Of a DNA stretch of 64,000 nucleotides, positions 63,077 through 64,000 are shown piece by piece. The notes under the pieces are model-generated. The model was not told where the DNA came from. It searched no databases and was given only the letters and a program-made list of their open reading frames with translations. The DNA is taken from positions 3,720,001 to 3,784,000 of the forward strand of contig NC_082717.1 of assembly GCF_030144855.1 (NCBI RefSeq), read 5' to 3'. The translations under genes were made by a program, and so were the position numbers. This stretch comes from Hypanus sabinus (lineage: Eukaryota). Position 1 is the first letter of the stretch. Each line of letters opens with the position of its first letter.

Positions 63077-63820
63077 ATAACTAATAAGTAATAAAAAAAA
63101 AGAAACACAAAAAAGAGAAGGAAAAAAAAAGGGGGGGGCTGTTTATAATATCTCACAAAAATAAGTATTCATCAATGCCGTCACTTCTGGTCCTCTCAAA
63201 ATACATAAGCTAAAAGCTGGGAAATCAAATGAACTTGGCACAGGGTCATATTACATCATATGAAAATGTTGAATAAATGGTCTCCATAACTTTTCAAATT
63301 TAATAGAAGTCTCAAAAGTACCACTTCTAATTTTTTCTAAATTTAAACATAACATAGTTTGAGAGAACCAATGAAATACAGTGGGAGGATCAATTTCTTT
63401 CCAATTCAACAATATAGATCTTCTAGCCATCAGAGTTAGAAATGCAATCATTCGACGAGCTGAAGAAGATAAATGCAGTGAGCCTAACATTGGTAAACCA
63501 AAAATTGCAGTAGTTATTTTTAATTAGTTATAGTATTATTAGTTATAGTTATTAGATTAGCTAGTTTTGCATTATAAATTTTTTTTTGTTTTTTTTTCCT
63601 TTTTCTGTTTTCTTTATATTATACATTATGAAATATTTAGATTTACTATGTCCATACATATATCTTATGGCTTAGGTCTTGGTAAACCCATATATATTGT
63701 AACTATTATGTATGTTTTTTTTCATATGTAATGGAATGTGTATGTTGGTAATTTCTTTATCAATATATCATTTGTATTTTGTCCATATTACTAATACTAA
63801 TAAAAAGATTTAGAAAGAAA
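63077..63820. mobile_element. L1-like 3' end with 5' inversion, inserted in a CR1 remnant
   Basis: 14-bp TSD GAGATGGAACTGCT at 63063-63076 and 63821-63834; ORF2 end (ARRSILLNWK..FEKLWRPF) on minus; 3' UTR with AATAAA and GAAA tail on plus. Confidence 0.85.
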
Positions 63821-64000
63821 GAGATGGAACTGCTTTTTCCGGAGAGTGGTCAATCTGTGGAATTCTCTGCCCAATAAGCAGTGGAGATTACCTCAGTAAA
63901 TATATTTAAGATCGGTTGGATAGATTTTTGCATGGTAGGGGAATTAAGGATTATGGGGAAAAGGCAGGTAGGTGGAGATGAGTCCATGGCCAGATCAGCC

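Overview
Eukaryotic, repeat-saturated vertebrate genomic DNA. The mix of CR1, L1-like, Rex1/Babar-like, Penelope-like, Tc1, Gypsy and tRNA-SINE elements is typical of a cartilaginous fish (inference). Reading splice signals by hand gives two convergent, intron-split genes that the ORF track shows only in pieces. (1) On +, the last three coding exons of a ZNF395/ZNF704/SLC2A4RG-family C-clamp transcription factor (4068-13046). (2) On -, a type I transmembrane Ig-superfamily receptor spanning 35575 to at least 61794. It has three tandem V-set exons, each with a germline-fused J-like G-x-G-T-x-L-x-V strand and no RSS, an uncharged TM exon, and a micro-exon-encoded tail with ITSM (TVYATV), ITIM (IFYADI) and ITSM (TEYAVV) motifs. 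I found no leader exon in the window. This non-rearranging, antigen-receptor-like VJ inhibitory receptor is the main candidate for an undescribed system. The rest is nested transposons (Rex1 in CR1 in Tc1; a solo LTR inside a Gypsy RT active site; CR1s in L1; a 5'-inverted L1 with a 14-bp TSD) and at least seven minisatellites, some visibly seeded from TE sequence. The long repetitive ORFs are artefacts of these minisatellites. All identifications are by eye, with no database searches.
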